From the NCBI GenBank assembly GCA_038321985.1, contig JBBQFN010000002.1:256001-320000 (forward strand): 64,000 nt of DNA. Direction: 5' to 3'. How positions within the stretch are numbered: position 1 is the first letter of the stretch; each line of letters opens with the position of its first letter. Of the stretch, positions 8,477 to 19,404 are shown in pieces. The DNA comes from Cyanophyceae cyanobacterium (GTDB lineage: Bacteria > Cyanobacteriota > Cyanobacteriia > Cyanobacteriales > Laspinemataceae). A model generated the notes under the pieces. It worked only from the letters and a program-made list of their open reading frames with translations. It did not search any database and was not told the origin of the DNA. The position numbers and the translations under genes were made by a program.

Positions 8477-9160
8477 TTGCGATCGCTCTACCCTATCAAT
8501 GATCCGTGGCGTGATTGGCTCCGAACTCTGAAAGAAATACTCCCTCGGTTCGGGGTTAACGTTTCCAGGGTAGCACCTGAAAGGAGGGTTTCGCCTTCTA
8601 CTCTGTCCCCTTGTGCCTTAAGGCTCAGATCTGGCGCAGGTTTTCTGGACAGACTGGTTTCACGCCTAGGGGAGGGGAGATCACAGGAGCAAGCCTTTTC
8701 AGGTTTACTCCACTGCACTCAGTGGAAGTCCAGCCGCCCCTTAAAACAGGAGAGTCTCCCCAATAGCATTTTATTTTGAAAAAAATGTTCAAGGTGATCA
8801 AATCTGTGCACCGCGTCTAAACTATCCTGATTATCTTCCTTTATTTTTATCGGAATTCGCCCTTTGATTCGGCTTCAGCGACTGTATCAATTAAGGAGTA
8901 ATATTAAACCAGATTAAATCTCAATTATTAAAGCCAGTGGGTTGGACCGACCCTGTTCAACCCTAACCCCAGAAGCACCAAGACATCAAGGAGTCCCGTT
9001 GAGTTTTTCTTCCTTCAACCGAAATTTCCCGAAAATTGAAGGAATTTTTTTCAACACGTGGGAGCTAAATTAACGAAGTTAATATAAAAAAGTTAAACTT
9101 ACTAACCTTTTGTTCAAACGCTCCAGGCCATTATTCGAGAAGTATCTATTGGTGGGAAAA

Positions 9161-10837
9161 ATGATTCAAGTAAACAATACTATGCAGGAACAGTCTCGCC
9201 CATTGTTCCCGATGCAAGCTGATTCTAATTATAGAATGATCCTGTTATCCGCTTCTCGGATAGCCAGTATTACCGTTATTTTGATTGGCTGCATGGTCAT
9301 GTTAGGATGGATTTTAGATATCCCAGCACTGAAAAGCGTCCTCCCCGGCTTAGTGACGATGAAAGCCAATACAGCAATGGGATTTATCCTGGCAGGAACC
9401 TGTGTCAGTTTGTGGCATCGCGGGTCCAGAAATAGTCAGCTCAGGCGGGCGGCTTTAATTTGTGCCATTCTAGTTATGGCTTTAGGACTGTTGACTTTAA
9501 TGCAGTATGGGTTTGGCATCAATTTAGGCATTGACCAACTGCTTATTAAAGAATCCGTGGGTGCAGTAGCCACAGCGACGCCCGGAAGAATGGCACCGAA
9601 TTCGGCGTTTAATTTTCTGTTATTGGGTTCTGCTTTAGTGCTGATTTGTATTCCTCGACCTAACTATTTAGCGGCCCAACTTTTTACAATTTTGGGCTTT
9701 TTAATCGCGTTTTTTGGGTTATTAGGATATTTATATGGCAATGCCATTTTTTATCGCTTAAATCCAGCTTTTACGGCGATGGCCGTGCATACAGCCGTAG
9801 GATTTATTTTATTGTGCTTTGCGGTGATGTTTGCCCGTCTTGACGCCGGAATTATGGCAACGATCGCCAGTCCCACGGCTGGGGGTTTGATGGCACGAAA
9901 GCTTTATCCCGCTGCGATTGGTCTCCCTCCGTTGTTATGTTGGATTGTTTTAGCGGGGTGGCGAGCAGAGCTATACACCGCAGAAATGGGTATTTCGCTT
10001 TTAGGGATATTAAATGTGATCGTTTTTTGCGGGTTAATCTGGTGGAATGCCTGGACCCTGGGAAATATTGATAGCCAGCGACTTCAGGCAGAAATAGGTC
10101 TAAAACAGGCGTTTGAATCTTTAGAATACACCGCCCGAATTCAAAAAACTCTCTCTACAGAGTTGGCAACAGCATTTTCTCAAATTAGAACAACGATGAA
10201 TGAATTGGAGGCGTCTGCAAGTGCTACGGCAGAGCAAGCAAAGGCGGCAGATGCTCAAGCACATCGATCGCGAATGCTTTCATCCGGTGGAAAGCTGGCG
10301 GTAGATCGCACTCAAACTGGGATGCATACGTTAGAACAAAAGGTGGGAGCGATCGCTGGGGAGATTATACGCACTCAGCAGCAGGCGGCTCAAATTGGGG
10401 AGATTTCTCGGGTGGTCAGTCATTTAGCCACTCAAACGAATATCCTAGCGTTAAATGCCGCGATCGAAGCGAGTCGTGCTGGAGAACAGGGGAAGGGATT
10501 TGGGGTAGTTGCCAGCGAAATTCGTTCTTTAGCGGACCAAAGTAAGGTGTTGGCGCAAAAGATTAGTAACTTAATTAACGATATCCAGACGGCGATCACC
10601 TCTACAGTGACGGTAACCGATGAGGGAATTGAAACGGTACAAACTGGGGTAGAGATCGTTCAGGAAATGGCCGAAGCCTTTGAGGGGGTTGCCCAAGCTA
10701 TCGACAAAATCTTTATCAATAATCAAAATATTGCATTAACGGCGCAACAGCAAGCAGCGGCGATCGCTCAGGTGGTTAATGTCATGAATGCGCTCGATCT
10801 GGACGCTCACGAAACGCTTATCCATCACCAGAATTGA
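9161..10837 (+). CDS. Methyl-accepting chemotaxis protein with multi-TM N-terminal domain
   Basis: Signalling hairpin [34 protein letters not shown]; ~7-8 hydrophobic segments at the N-terminus. Start uncertain (9110/9161/9182). Confidence 0.88.
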   Translation: MIQVNNTMQEQSRPLFPMQADSNYRMILLSASRIASITVILIGCMVMLGWILDIPALKSVLPGLVTMKANTAMGFILAGTCVSLWHRGSRNSQLRRAALICAILVMALGLLTLMQYGFGINLGIDQLLIKESVGAVATATPGRMAPNSAFNFLLLGSALVLICIPRPNYLAAQLFTILGFLIAFFGLLGYLYGNAIFYRLNPAFTAMAVHTAVGFILLCFAVMFARLDAGIMATIASPTAGGLMARKLYPAAIGLPPLLCWIVLAGWRAELYTAEMGISLLGILNVIVFCGLIWWNAWTLGNIDSQRLQAEIGLKQAFESLEYTARIQKTLSTELATAFSQIRTTMNELEASASATAEQAKAADAQAHRSRMLSSGGKLAVDRTQTGMHTLEQKVGAIAGEIIRTQQQAAQIGEISRVVSHLATQTNILALNAAIEASRAGEQGKGFGVVASEIRSLADQSKVLAQKISNLINDIQTAITSTVTVTDEGIETVQTGVEIVQEMAEAFEGVAQAIDKIFINNQNIALTAQQQAAAIAQVVNVMNALDLDAHETLIHHQN

Positions 10838-11544
10838 GGGGGGACGACAGCGATCCTAGATGCGGCGATCGCTTTTAAACTTGATGGGTTATATCCCGAG
10901 TCGGGCGATCGCGCATATCCTAGATGTCAAAATTTCACTCCCCTGGTTGGGGTGAATTTTGGCAGTCCCTTTCCTCACCTTGTTATTAAAATTATTAAAA
11001 TAATTTAATAAATTTCTCTTTTTAAAATTTTATATTCTAAACAAATGAATAAATCACCCCTTGAATAGCGGAGTTTTAATTTTTTACTACGAACTAATTA
11101 ATTGATTTTTGATAGCAATAGTCGCTGAGTAATACGCTCAATCTCCCTCTGTTTGTAAACGAACTAGAATATCTCACTATACCTTACCTTAATTTAGATA
11201 CCCTATATCATACTCTAGCGGGGATGGATTTCCGAATCAACAGAATCCATCTTGACCGCTCCGGGTAACCCATTTAACCCCTTTTGAGGATTGAATGTTA
11301 GGGTAAAATTGACCCTAAAAATCTCTCAATTCTCGATTAGACAAGGATTTTGGTAAATCACTCCCTAGAAAAAACTGGATGAAACTTAAGAGTGATTTTT
11401 GATTTAGGTTGACGAACAGGGGAAAAGCAAAGCATAATTGAATATTGATGATATTCTAACCAAAGGGATTAATTCATTTTTTTGAATTTAACCCATCCCT
11501 AAACAATCAAACAAATGCAAACCCGAGCAAGGGTGAGGTAAAGT

Positions 11545-12978
11545 ATGGCAGAGTTATTGGATGTGGACTTTTATCGGGCTGTTAATACCGACTTACGGGG
11601 ACTAAATAACCAGCAAGCTAGGGACCATTTATTAAATTTTGGTCTGAATGAAGGACGGGTATTTTCACCGACTGTCGATTTAGACTTTTATCGACGGACT
11701 AATACAGACTTGGCAAGCGCCGGGTTGAACACCCGACGTCAACTCTTCGATCATTTGTCAACCTTTGGCGTCCGCGAAGGCCGTCAATTTTCATTAACCT
11801 TTAATCCGGCCTTCTATCAAAACAGAAATCCTGACTTGAGGGCGGCGGGTGTTAATGAGAACGAATCCTTATTCAATCACTACCAAAACTTTGGTATCAA
11901 CGAGGGTCGTGCTTCTGGACCCGGTTTTGACCCTAACTTTTATCGAGGAGTCAACCCCGACTTGCTGCAAGCAGGGTTCAATAATCGGCAGTTGCTGGAA
12001 CACTTTCAATTCATTGGGGTGAATGAGGGACGCACTTCATCTCCCAACTTTAACGCGCGCTTTTATTTAGCTACTAACCCCGATTTACAACCCGTATTCG
12101 GGACAAACTTTCGGCAGGCATTTGAACACTATTTATTGAACGGAATACGGGAAGGACGGACCAGTGCTCCGGGAACTGCACCCCTGCCACCCCTGGCACC
12201 CCTGCCACCGGCTCCGCTACTGCCTGTGGTTATGCCTCTGCCGCTTACAGTTCCAGGCAACACCCCACAAACTGCTCTGAATGCCGGGGTTCTCACGGCT
12301 ACTCAAATCTTTAATAGTGAAGTTTCCAATGTCAACTCCAATGGTTACTACCGCTTTAGTTTGGCGGGACCCACTAACTTAAATGTTGTAATTAATGGCA
12401 TGACTCAAGATGCCAAACTCGAACTTTTCTTGGACAGTAATAATGATGGGACAGTCAATGCCACAGAACGAGTAGGGCTTTCTCAACAACCGGGAACTCT
12501 TCAAGATTCCATCACCGGATTTTTCACCGCTGGTAACTATTTCGTTAATGTTTCTCAGGGAGTTCCGGGCGCTCAAACTCCGTACAACTTGAATTTGATT
12601 GCCACCCCAGTTACGGGAGATGTAGCGGGAAACGCCCCGAATAACGCGACCAATGTGGGAATTTTGTCCGGTACTCGCCGGATCGATGACTTTGTGGGGG
12701 ATTCGGACCCACAAGACTACTTCCGGTTTGTACTTAATGAGGCTAAAGACCTCAATTTATTCTTAACGGGTCTTAATGATGATGCAGATTTAAGACTCTA
12801 TCAAACGGTGAATAATAATGGGGCGATCGCCGAAGGAAACCTGATTGCTTCATCGATTCAAAGTGGGACCACGCCGGAAGCCATCAGCCGCAACTTGGCA
12901 GCCGGGGATTACCTTGTGCTTGTCTCTCCTGGTTTTCAGGGCGTAAATACGAATTACGGTCTAACCCTGACTACATAA
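11545..12978 (+). CDS. Putative surface protein: N-terminal FY..NPDL...H...FG.NEGR repeats, Pro linker and two PPC-like domains
   Basis: Five repeats ending in EGR; PPC-like segments DYFRF.L...GL.DDADL.LY...AGDYLV.V...TNY.LTL. Confidence 0.75.
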   Translation: MAELLDVDFYRAVNTDLRGLNNQQARDHLLNFGLNEGRVFSPTVDLDFYRRTNTDLASAGLNTRRQLFDHLSTFGVREGRQFSLTFNPAFYQNRNPDLRAAGVNENESLFNHYQNFGINEGRASGPGFDPNFYRGVNPDLLQAGFNNRQLLEHFQFIGVNEGRTSSPNFNARFYLATNPDLQPVFGTNFRQAFEHYLLNGIREGRTSAPGTAPLPPLAPLPPAPLLPVVMPLPLTVPGNTPQTALNAGVLTATQIFNSEVSNVNSNGYYRFSLAGPTNLNVVINGMTQDAKLELFLDSNNDGTVNATERVGLSQQPGTLQDSITGFFTAGNYFVNVSQGVPGAQTPYNLNLIATPVTGDVAGNAPNNATNVGILSGTRRIDDFVGDSDPQDYFRFVLNEAKDLNLFLTGLNDDADLRLYQTVNNNGAIAEGNLIASSIQSGTTPEAISRNLAAGDYLVLVSPGFQGVNTNYGLTLTT

Positions 12979-13014
12979 AGCGCTACAATTCCTAGTTTCA
13001 ATCCACAACTAACT

Positions 13015-13056
13015 CCTCTCAACAGCTAGATCATGCGGTGTTGAGAGGAATTTTTA
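13015..13056 (+). terminator. Probable intrinsic terminator
   Basis: CCTCTCAACA...TGTTGAGAGG followed by a T-run. Confidence 0.6.
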
Positions 13057-13059
13057 TTG

Positions 13060-13128
13060 GAAACGACAGGGTTTCTTGGCAAAATTTATACTTTCTGGGC
13101 ACTAACTCGGACTAGAAACCTGGTTTCT
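13060..13128. repeat. AGAAACCNGGTTTCT two-box palindromic element (degenerate)
   Basis: GAAACGACAGGGTTTCT...AGAAACCTGGTTTCT. Confidence 0.6.
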
Positions 13129-13353
13129 CGTTCCCCTGATCTAATACTGAACTGGCTCCGAGGCCAGAAGGGGATATTTAATAGCACGAGTACAGGCCAG
13201 GGGCTATGCTATCCTATTCTCTGATGGGAAACATTTCCCTCTAACAAACTCTTGATTTACGAGACCTGATGTTCCAGACTCTCCGGTGAGCTGGGCAGTC
13301 GCCGCTCCCGGATCTAACATAAAAAAATACCCTGAATGAGACAGAGGTAAGTT

Positions 13354-14373
13354 ATGGTTGTCAACCTATTTGATCCCCAATTTTATCGAGCTAACTTCTC
13401 CGACTTACAGAGCTTAGATGATACCCAAGTCGAGCAACACTTGCTTGATTTTGGTCTAGATGAGGGACGAAAATTTTCCCCAATCGTCGATCTCGACGTT
13501 TATCGCGCCAACAATCGCGACTTAGAATCTGCCGGGTTAACCAGCAATCGGCAGTTATTTGAACATTTGCGGGATTTTGGAGTCAATGAGGGACGGCGGT
13601 TTTCTCAGGTTTTTGATGCTTCTTTTTATCAAAATGCTTATCCTGACTTGACTGAGGCAGGGATTGAGACAAACGAACAACTTTTTGAACATTTCCGCAA
13701 TTTTGGATTGAGTGAAGGACGGCAGGGAATCCCCCCAACTGAACGCATAGCGATCGCCTCTACTCCCAGTCTATTCTCTGAAACCGTTCTGTTGCCTTCC
13801 AATCCTGATCCTCTAACTGGCTCCCCAGCCTTTTCCAGTCCATCATCGCCGGTTCAAACCTCTCTACCTGCTCCCGTCCCTTTTCCCATGAACATGACAG
13901 CGGAACCTCCCGGACCTCTTCCGGAAATTCCCCCCTTGGATGAGCCTGTGTCATTTGAACCCTTGCTCACAGATACCGGGGACACGCTCAATGCTGATCT
14001 GGGAATGAAGGCGAGTAACTTTAATGTGACCTTTAACGATCAGGTAGGGGGTCCCGATGACCTGAATGATTATTACCGTTTTCACGCGAATAGTGATAGC
14101 AGTTTCAACGCATCTATATCTGGCGCGGAATTGGGTTTAGAGGTTTATCGGGATACTAATCGAGATGGCACTCTTCAACCTGACGAAGTATTTATGGCGG
14201 GGGTGAATGGATTGAGGGGGCAAAGTGGTTTTGGAGGACCCACTACCTCAGTGAGTGGAAATTTAGTAGAAGGGGATTATTACGTTCGCGTTTTTGCAGC
14301 CAATGAAAATACGAACTATGACCTCACCTTATCTGTCTACTCTAACTTTGTTAATGTCCCTCCCCTGATTTAA
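13354..14373 (+). CDS. Paralog of the upstream surface protein (three EGR repeats, Pro-rich linker, one PPC-like domain)
   Basis: FDPQFYRAN, GLDEGR, GVNEGR, GLSEGR; DYYRF...EGDYYVRV...TNYDLTL. Confidence 0.75.
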   Translation: MVVNLFDPQFYRANFSDLQSLDDTQVEQHLLDFGLDEGRKFSPIVDLDVYRANNRDLESAGLTSNRQLFEHLRDFGVNEGRRFSQVFDASFYQNAYPDLTEAGIETNEQLFEHFRNFGLSEGRQGIPPTERIAIASTPSLFSETVLLPSNPDPLTGSPAFSSPSSPVQTSLPAPVPFPMNMTAEPPGPLPEIPPLDEPVSFEPLLTDTGDTLNADLGMKASNFNVTFNDQVGGPDDLNDYYRFHANSDSSFNASISGAELGLEVYRDTNRDGTLQPDEVFMAGVNGLRGQSGFGGPTTSVSGNLVEGDYYVRVFAANENTNYDLTLSVYSNFVNVPPLI

Positions 14374-14815
14374 CGGGTAGAGTCATTGCGGTAACTCCCT
14401 GGTTTTCGGGTTGTTCTCTAGGATGATGGAGGACTCGTCGTTCTGTTTACCATCATCCTCGGGCATTGGTATAGTTACCACTTCACAACAGCAGTGGCAT
14501 AATTAGCATTATTTCTAGATCTCTTGGAGCAGATCGCTTAATATATGGGTTAACTCAGAGAAACTCTGGGGATCTAGGTTTATGAATTCAAGGGTCCTGT
14601 GGTATCAAGGAGGCTGACATCAGGGGCTGCGGAACCCCAGTTGTAACCTGGCTAACGTTGGAACCGGAGGGAATTTTCCCATCGAGACTCCATCGTTCCC
14701 GGGAGAAGGACCGGGGCGATCGCCAGCCAACCCTGGGGACTCATAAATGCAGGTTAATCTCTAAGTGATGTTAAACAGGAAACTCCATTAACTATCTCAA
14801 CTTCGATAAATCGCC

Positions 14816-15097
14816 ATGCACACAATTCAATCTCAGACGACTCAATTGGAGCATCAAGACAAACTAACTGCACTCAAGTCATACTTCATGACTATGATTT
14901 CCCACGAATTAAGAACTCCCCTGACAACGATTTTGTTATCGGCGGATTTACTCGAATGTTATAGCACTAGCTGGTCCGACGAGAAAAAATTAAAGCACGT
15001 TCAGCAAATCCAAACTGCTGCCATTGAAATCACCAAGCTCATAGAAAGCGATAAATTTTCTGAAAAACTCCGAAAAGTGGCGAGTCAAATTCAATAA
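14816..15097 (+). CDS. Stand-alone HisKA (dimerisation/phosphoacceptor) domain protein
   Basis: H-box LKSYFMTMISHELRTPLTTI; no ATPase domain. Confidence 0.8.
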   Translation: MHTIQSQTTQLEHQDKLTALKSYFMTMISHELRTPLTTILLSADLLECYSTSWSDEKKLKHVQQIQTAAIEITKLIESDKFSEKLRKVASQIQ

Positions 15098-15377
15098 GCA
15101 TTTTAAAAAGTGGAGATCCTCATTTTGTCCCCTTATCATTCTCGGGAGGTTGGCCGCGTTCGTCTGAAAACTCTCACATAAAATCCCCGAAAAAGTGGGA
15201 AAAGCCGCAGCAGTCGCCCCAATAATGCCTGTACCGCCAAAGGCCCGAGGTGAGGCAGCCAGCATGGGGGCGATCGCGCTGGTGAATGGCGATCCAGCAC
15301 AAAAAAAACCCCCTTTTGGGGGCGAGGATCTGAAAATAGCCAGGAGGCCAACTCCCGAAGCAGAGGCAGCCTCTTGA

Positions 15378-16001
15378 TTAAAACAAATACAAAATCGTAA
15401 ACAGCACAATCCAGACGACATCAACAAAGTGCCAATAGAGTTCTGCTGCTTCCGCTCCAAAATGACTTTTGCTGGAATAATGACCCGCCTTCAGCGACTG
15501 CCATAACACGGCCAAAATTAACAGCAACCCGAAGGTAACGTGTAATCCGTGAAATCCCGTTAGCACATAAAATGTGCTGGTAAAGATATTATCGGTCAGA
15601 CCAAAGCCAGTATGAAAATACTCATACAACTGTCCGACTAAGAAAACGGCACCCATCACCGCTGTGATAGCGAACCAAAATCGCAGACCCTTAACGTCAT
15701 TCTTCTTAATCGCTGCATTGCCGCGATTCATGACAAAACTGCTGGAAATCAGAATAATCGTGTTGACTCCAGGCAGCAAGAGTTCCATTTCCGGGGTGCC
15801 TTCCGGCGGCCATGCGGGGGAAACCGACCGGAATGTGAGATAAGCGGCAAATAATCCCAAAAAGATCATCGATTCCGCAACCAGAAATATGATTAGCCCA
15901 AAAATTCGATGATCCGGATGGTCGCCGTGATGACCCGCATGGGTTCCCGCACCGTGTTCGGCTTGTATAGCCACGTTGCTTGTGTCAATTGTGCCTTGCA
16001 T
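15378..16001 (-). CDS. ctaE: Cytochrome c oxidase subunit III
   Basis: FLVAES, NTIILISSS, TGFHGLHV, LYWHFVDVVW. Confidence 0.96.
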   Translation of the reverse strand: MQGTIDTSNVAIQAEHGAGTHAGHHGDHPDHRIFGLIIFLVAESMIFLGLFAAYLTFRSVSPAWPPEGTPEMELLLPGVNTIILISSSFVMNRGNAAIKKNDVKGLRFWFAITAVMGAVFLVGQLYEYFHTGFGLTDNIFTSTFYVLTGFHGLHVTFGLLLILAVLWQSLKAGHYSSKSHFGAEAAELYWHFVDVVWIVLFTILYLF

Positions 16002-16088
16002 AAGCAATATCTTTTGTAGAGTTTTTCGTGTGAGTGGGGGGCGACTGGGGTAGGCTCAGGCCCTCCCCCAAAAGCATTGTCGCCCCGA

Positions 16089-17789
16089 TTAGGAAACGGT
16101 TGGTCCCCCGGATAACATTGGAGTATTTGCTTGGGACTCGGGCATCGGTACGTTAGGGTTGCGATCGCCCATGCCGTAATCATAAGGCCCGGTCAACCTC
16201 ACAGGTTCCCCAATAAAGTTTTCAACCGGCGGGGGTGAAGCAGTCTGCCACTCCATCGTTAAAGCATCCCAGGGATTGCCCGATGCTTTGGGACCGGCTA
16301 TCCAACTCCAAACCGCATTGATGATTAACGGAACCGTAGAAACCGCCAGGATATATGCCCCTACAGTACAAACCATATTGACTGTGGCAAACTTGGGGTC
16401 ATACTCCGCCACCCGGCGAGGCATTCCTTGCAGTCCTAGATAGTGCATCGGCAAGAAACACAGGTTAAATCCGACCAAGGTTAAGACAAAATGCAGTTTG
16501 CCCAGGAATTCATTCATCATCCGTCCCGTCATCTTCGGGAACCAGTGATAGATTCCGCTATATAGACCGAAGACACTGCCGCCAAACAGGACGTAATGCA
16601 GGTGGGCGACAATGAAATAGGTATCGTGAACGTGAATGTCAAAGGGGACAGAAGCGACCATAATCCCACTAAGACCGCCGATCACGAACATGGAGACGAA
16701 ACCTAAACCAAACAGCATGGCACTGTTGAGGCGAAGTTTGCCACCCCAAACCGTTGCCAACCAGCTAAAGACTTTAATGCCTGTGGGAACGGCGATAATC
16801 ATGGTTGCTACCATGAAGAACATCCGCAACCAACCGGGAGTGCCACTGGTGAACATATGGTGCGCCCAGACAATCAATCCCAGGAAACTGATTGCCATAC
16901 TGGAATAGGCGATCGCCTGATATCCAAAAATCGGCTTGCGGGCGTGGACCGGCAAAATATCAGAAATCATTCCAAAAATCGGCAGAATCATAATATAAAC
17001 TGCCGGGTGGGAATAAAACCAGAACATATGCTGGTAAACCACCGGGTCCCCGCCTCCGGTTGGGTTAAAAAAGGCGGTTCCGGCAATCAAGTCAAATGCC
17101 AGGAGAATTAGCGCCCCTGCTAACACCGGAGTCGAGATTAAAATCAAAGCCGAAGCGGCTAGCATTGCCCAGCAGAACAAGGGCATATCATTTAATCCCA
17201 TTCCGGGCATCCGCATTTTCAGGATCGTGGTCAAAAAGTTGATCCCGCCCAAAATTGAGGAGGTTCCCAGCAATAGGACACTCAAAATCCAGATAAATTC
17301 CCCGGCTTTGTCTCCCGTTGTGCTTAACGGGGGATAGGAGGTCCAACCGGCACCGGCGGCACCCACAAAGAAGCTAGATAATAGCAGGATTCCGCCGGGG
17401 GGGATCAGCCAAAAGGCGATCGCATTCAACCGGGGGAAGGCCATATCCCGCGCCCCAATCATCAGGGGAATCAGGTAGTTGCCAAATGCCCCGGTACCTG
17501 CCGGAACGATCCACAGAAAAATCATGACTGTGGCATGGATCGTAAACAGACCGTTGTAGAGTTCGCGACTGACAAAATCAGACTCGGGGGTTGCTAGTTC
17601 CGTGCGAACACCCGTCGCCAGGGCACCGCCAATCAGATAAAAAATGAAGGTGCAGACCAGGTATTGAATCCCGATCACCTTATGGTCTGTACTAAAGCTA
17701 AAGTATTCTCGCCAAGGGGTATGTTCACCCGCTTCAACAGCGAGGGTTTCCCCGAGGTTACCTGTTTCTGGTTCGGTTACTTGTGCCAT
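16089..17789 (-). CDS. ctaD: Cytochrome c oxidase subunit I
   Basis: DHKVIG, GWTSYPPL, WFYSHPAVY, VWAHHMF, HDTYFIVAHLHY, GMPRR. Confidence 0.98.
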   Translation of the reverse strand: MAQVTEPETGNLGETLAVEAGEHTPWREYFSFSTDHKVIGIQYLVCTFIFYLIGGALATGVRTELATPESDFVSRELYNGLFTIHATVMIFLWIVPAGTGAFGNYLIPLMIGARDMAFPRLNAIAFWLIPPGGILLLSSFFVGAAGAGWTSYPPLSTTGDKAGEFIWILSVLLLGTSSILGGINFLTTILKMRMPGMGLNDMPLFCWAMLAASALILISTPVLAGALILLAFDLIAGTAFFNPTGGGDPVVYQHMFWFYSHPAVYIMILPIFGMISDILPVHARKPIFGYQAIAYSSMAISFLGLIVWAHHMFTSGTPGWLRMFFMVATMIIAVPTGIKVFSWLATVWGGKLRLNSAMLFGLGFVSMFVIGGLSGIMVASVPFDIHVHDTYFIVAHLHYVLFGGSVFGLYSGIYHWFPKMTGRMMNEFLGKLHFVLTLVGFNLCFLPMHYLGLQGMPRRVAEYDPKFATVNMVCTVGAYILAVSTVPLIINAVWSWIAGPKASGNPWDALTMEWQTASPPPVENFIGEPVRLTGPYDYGMGDRNPNVPMPESQANTPMLSGGPTVS

Positions 17790-17903
17790 AAATCAATTGT
17801 TATTACAGATGCGTCTGAAGTTCGCCCGCTTGTGGGAGATTATGGGTTTCATTCAGGGTTAGGGAACGAGTACCATTTCTCCCCTAGCTGGGAAATCCCC
17901 GGG

Positions 17904-18917
17904 TTAAATGGCGCGATCGCCTCCATGGTGTTCTGCATGGAGTTGTTTGAGGACTTCTCCATGAATGCCCATTTCGGTAGCTAGCGGTTGCAGATAGTCC
18001 GGTTCCGATAAGTCTGCCGGATTCATTGCCAAAGTTTCAGTTCCCTCGGATTGGGCAGCAATCTGACTTTGTAACCACGCCTGGAAATCTTCTGGGGTCT
18101 GGACGATGACGCGGGTTTTCATGCCTCCATGATAGGACCCACACAGTTCGGCACAGACGACGGAGTATTCTCCGACGACTTGGGGCACGAAGCGCAACTC
18201 GCTTTGGCGTCCCGGGATGGCATCTTGTTTGAGGCGAAATTCAGGAATCCACAGGGAGTGAATCACATCATTAGCGCTAATCGTCAGTTCTACCTCTTTT
18301 CCAGCGGGTAAATGCAATTCCGCAGCGGTGACGCCACTCTCGGGATAGGTAAAAATCCAGGCAAACTGGAGTCCCAGGACGTTGACGCTGACAAAAGGAT
18401 CTACTCCTTGAGTGCGGGGAGATGCGCCAACCCCGAGGGCGACGAGTCTACCCGGTGTTTCACGGTTGGCGATGGGTGTTTCTTCTCCGGGCAAAGCAGC
18501 GGCGATCGCTGCCCCCGGTTGGACTTTATGGGCCATATGGGATTCATGGGATGCCATTGGATCTAGGCCCCCCATTGAGTTGTACACCTCAAAGCTGTAC
18601 ACACCGATGCCCATAATGATGATGGCTGGGATCGCAGTCCAGAGAATTTCTAAGGGAACGTTGCCGTGAATGGGTGGCCCATCGGTATTATCATCGGCAC
18701 GCTTTCTAAATTTGAACATGGAAATCACGATGATCCCTTGCACGATCAGAAATAGACCGGTGGAAATGGTCATCATCATGTTGAACAGTTTATCGATTCG
18801 AGGCGCTTCCTCTGAGGCCGCAATTGGCATGAGGTTATGATTCTGGCCGACCCACAAGCTCACGAGCGTGATGGTGATGCCTGCTATCATGGTCCAAATA
18901 GCACTGGGTACTTTCAC
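17904..18917 (-). CDS. ctaC: Cytochrome c oxidase subunit II
   Basis: LEILWTAIP, DVIHS, CuA motif CAELCGSYHGGM; GTG start after AGGAGG. Confidence 0.97.
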   Translation of the reverse strand: MKVPSAIWTMIAGITITLVSLWVGQNHNLMPIAASEEAPRIDKLFNMMMTISTGLFLIVQGIIVISMFKFRKRADDNTDGPPIHGNVPLEILWTAIPAIIIMGIGVYSFEVYNSMGGLDPMASHESHMAHKVQPGAAIAAALPGEETPIANRETPGRLVALGVGASPRTQGVDPFVSVNVLGLQFAWIFTYPESGVTAAELHLPAGKEVELTISANDVIHSLWIPEFRLKQDAIPGRQSELRFVPQVVGEYSVVCAELCGSYHGGMKTRVIVQTPEDFQAWLQSQIAAQSEGTETLAMNPADLSEPDYLQPLATEMGIHGEVLKQLHAEHHGGDRAI

Positions 18918-19118
18918 TTCAACCTCCTTGATGAGAAACTTGGCCGCGATCGGCGACGCCGAGTGCTGTGTCGCAACAGTTTTTTGTTACTCCAATTGCT
19001 AAGTTAGCAATTTTTCGGGTCCTCTGTATCAGTTAAGGGTATATTCAGTCTCTCAATTGCCCACCCTGTGGGGAGAAATTTTAAGATTTCTGGGGAATTG
19101 AGGCCGGGTATCCCACGG

Positions 19119-19180
19119 GGATAACGGTTGAAACTGTCACTATGAACTGGGATAACGGTTGAAACCGTCGCTACGAACTG
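19119..19180 (-). repeat. 31-bp tandem duplication of a GTAG-hairpin (REP-like) unit
   Basis: GGATAACGGTTGAAACYGTCRCTAYGAACTG x2; the reverse complement reads GTAGCGACGGTTTCAACCGTT. Confidence 0.85.
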
Positions 19181-19404
19181 AGATTTATGAAGAAAGGTTA
19201 ACTTTTGGGGAGAGATTGTCAGGAAATCCCGGCAATTTTTACCGGAGGGAAAATAGGGTAAAAGCTTGTCGCTCTCGATTCGGACTCGCTACTGTAGAAA
19301 AAAGAGCGGATTGTGGGATTGGGGGTAAAGGATAAACTGCCTAAGAGTAATTACTCAGTTTAATTTAACATAAGGAACGAAAAGGACGCGAAGGAGTAGC
19401 AATT

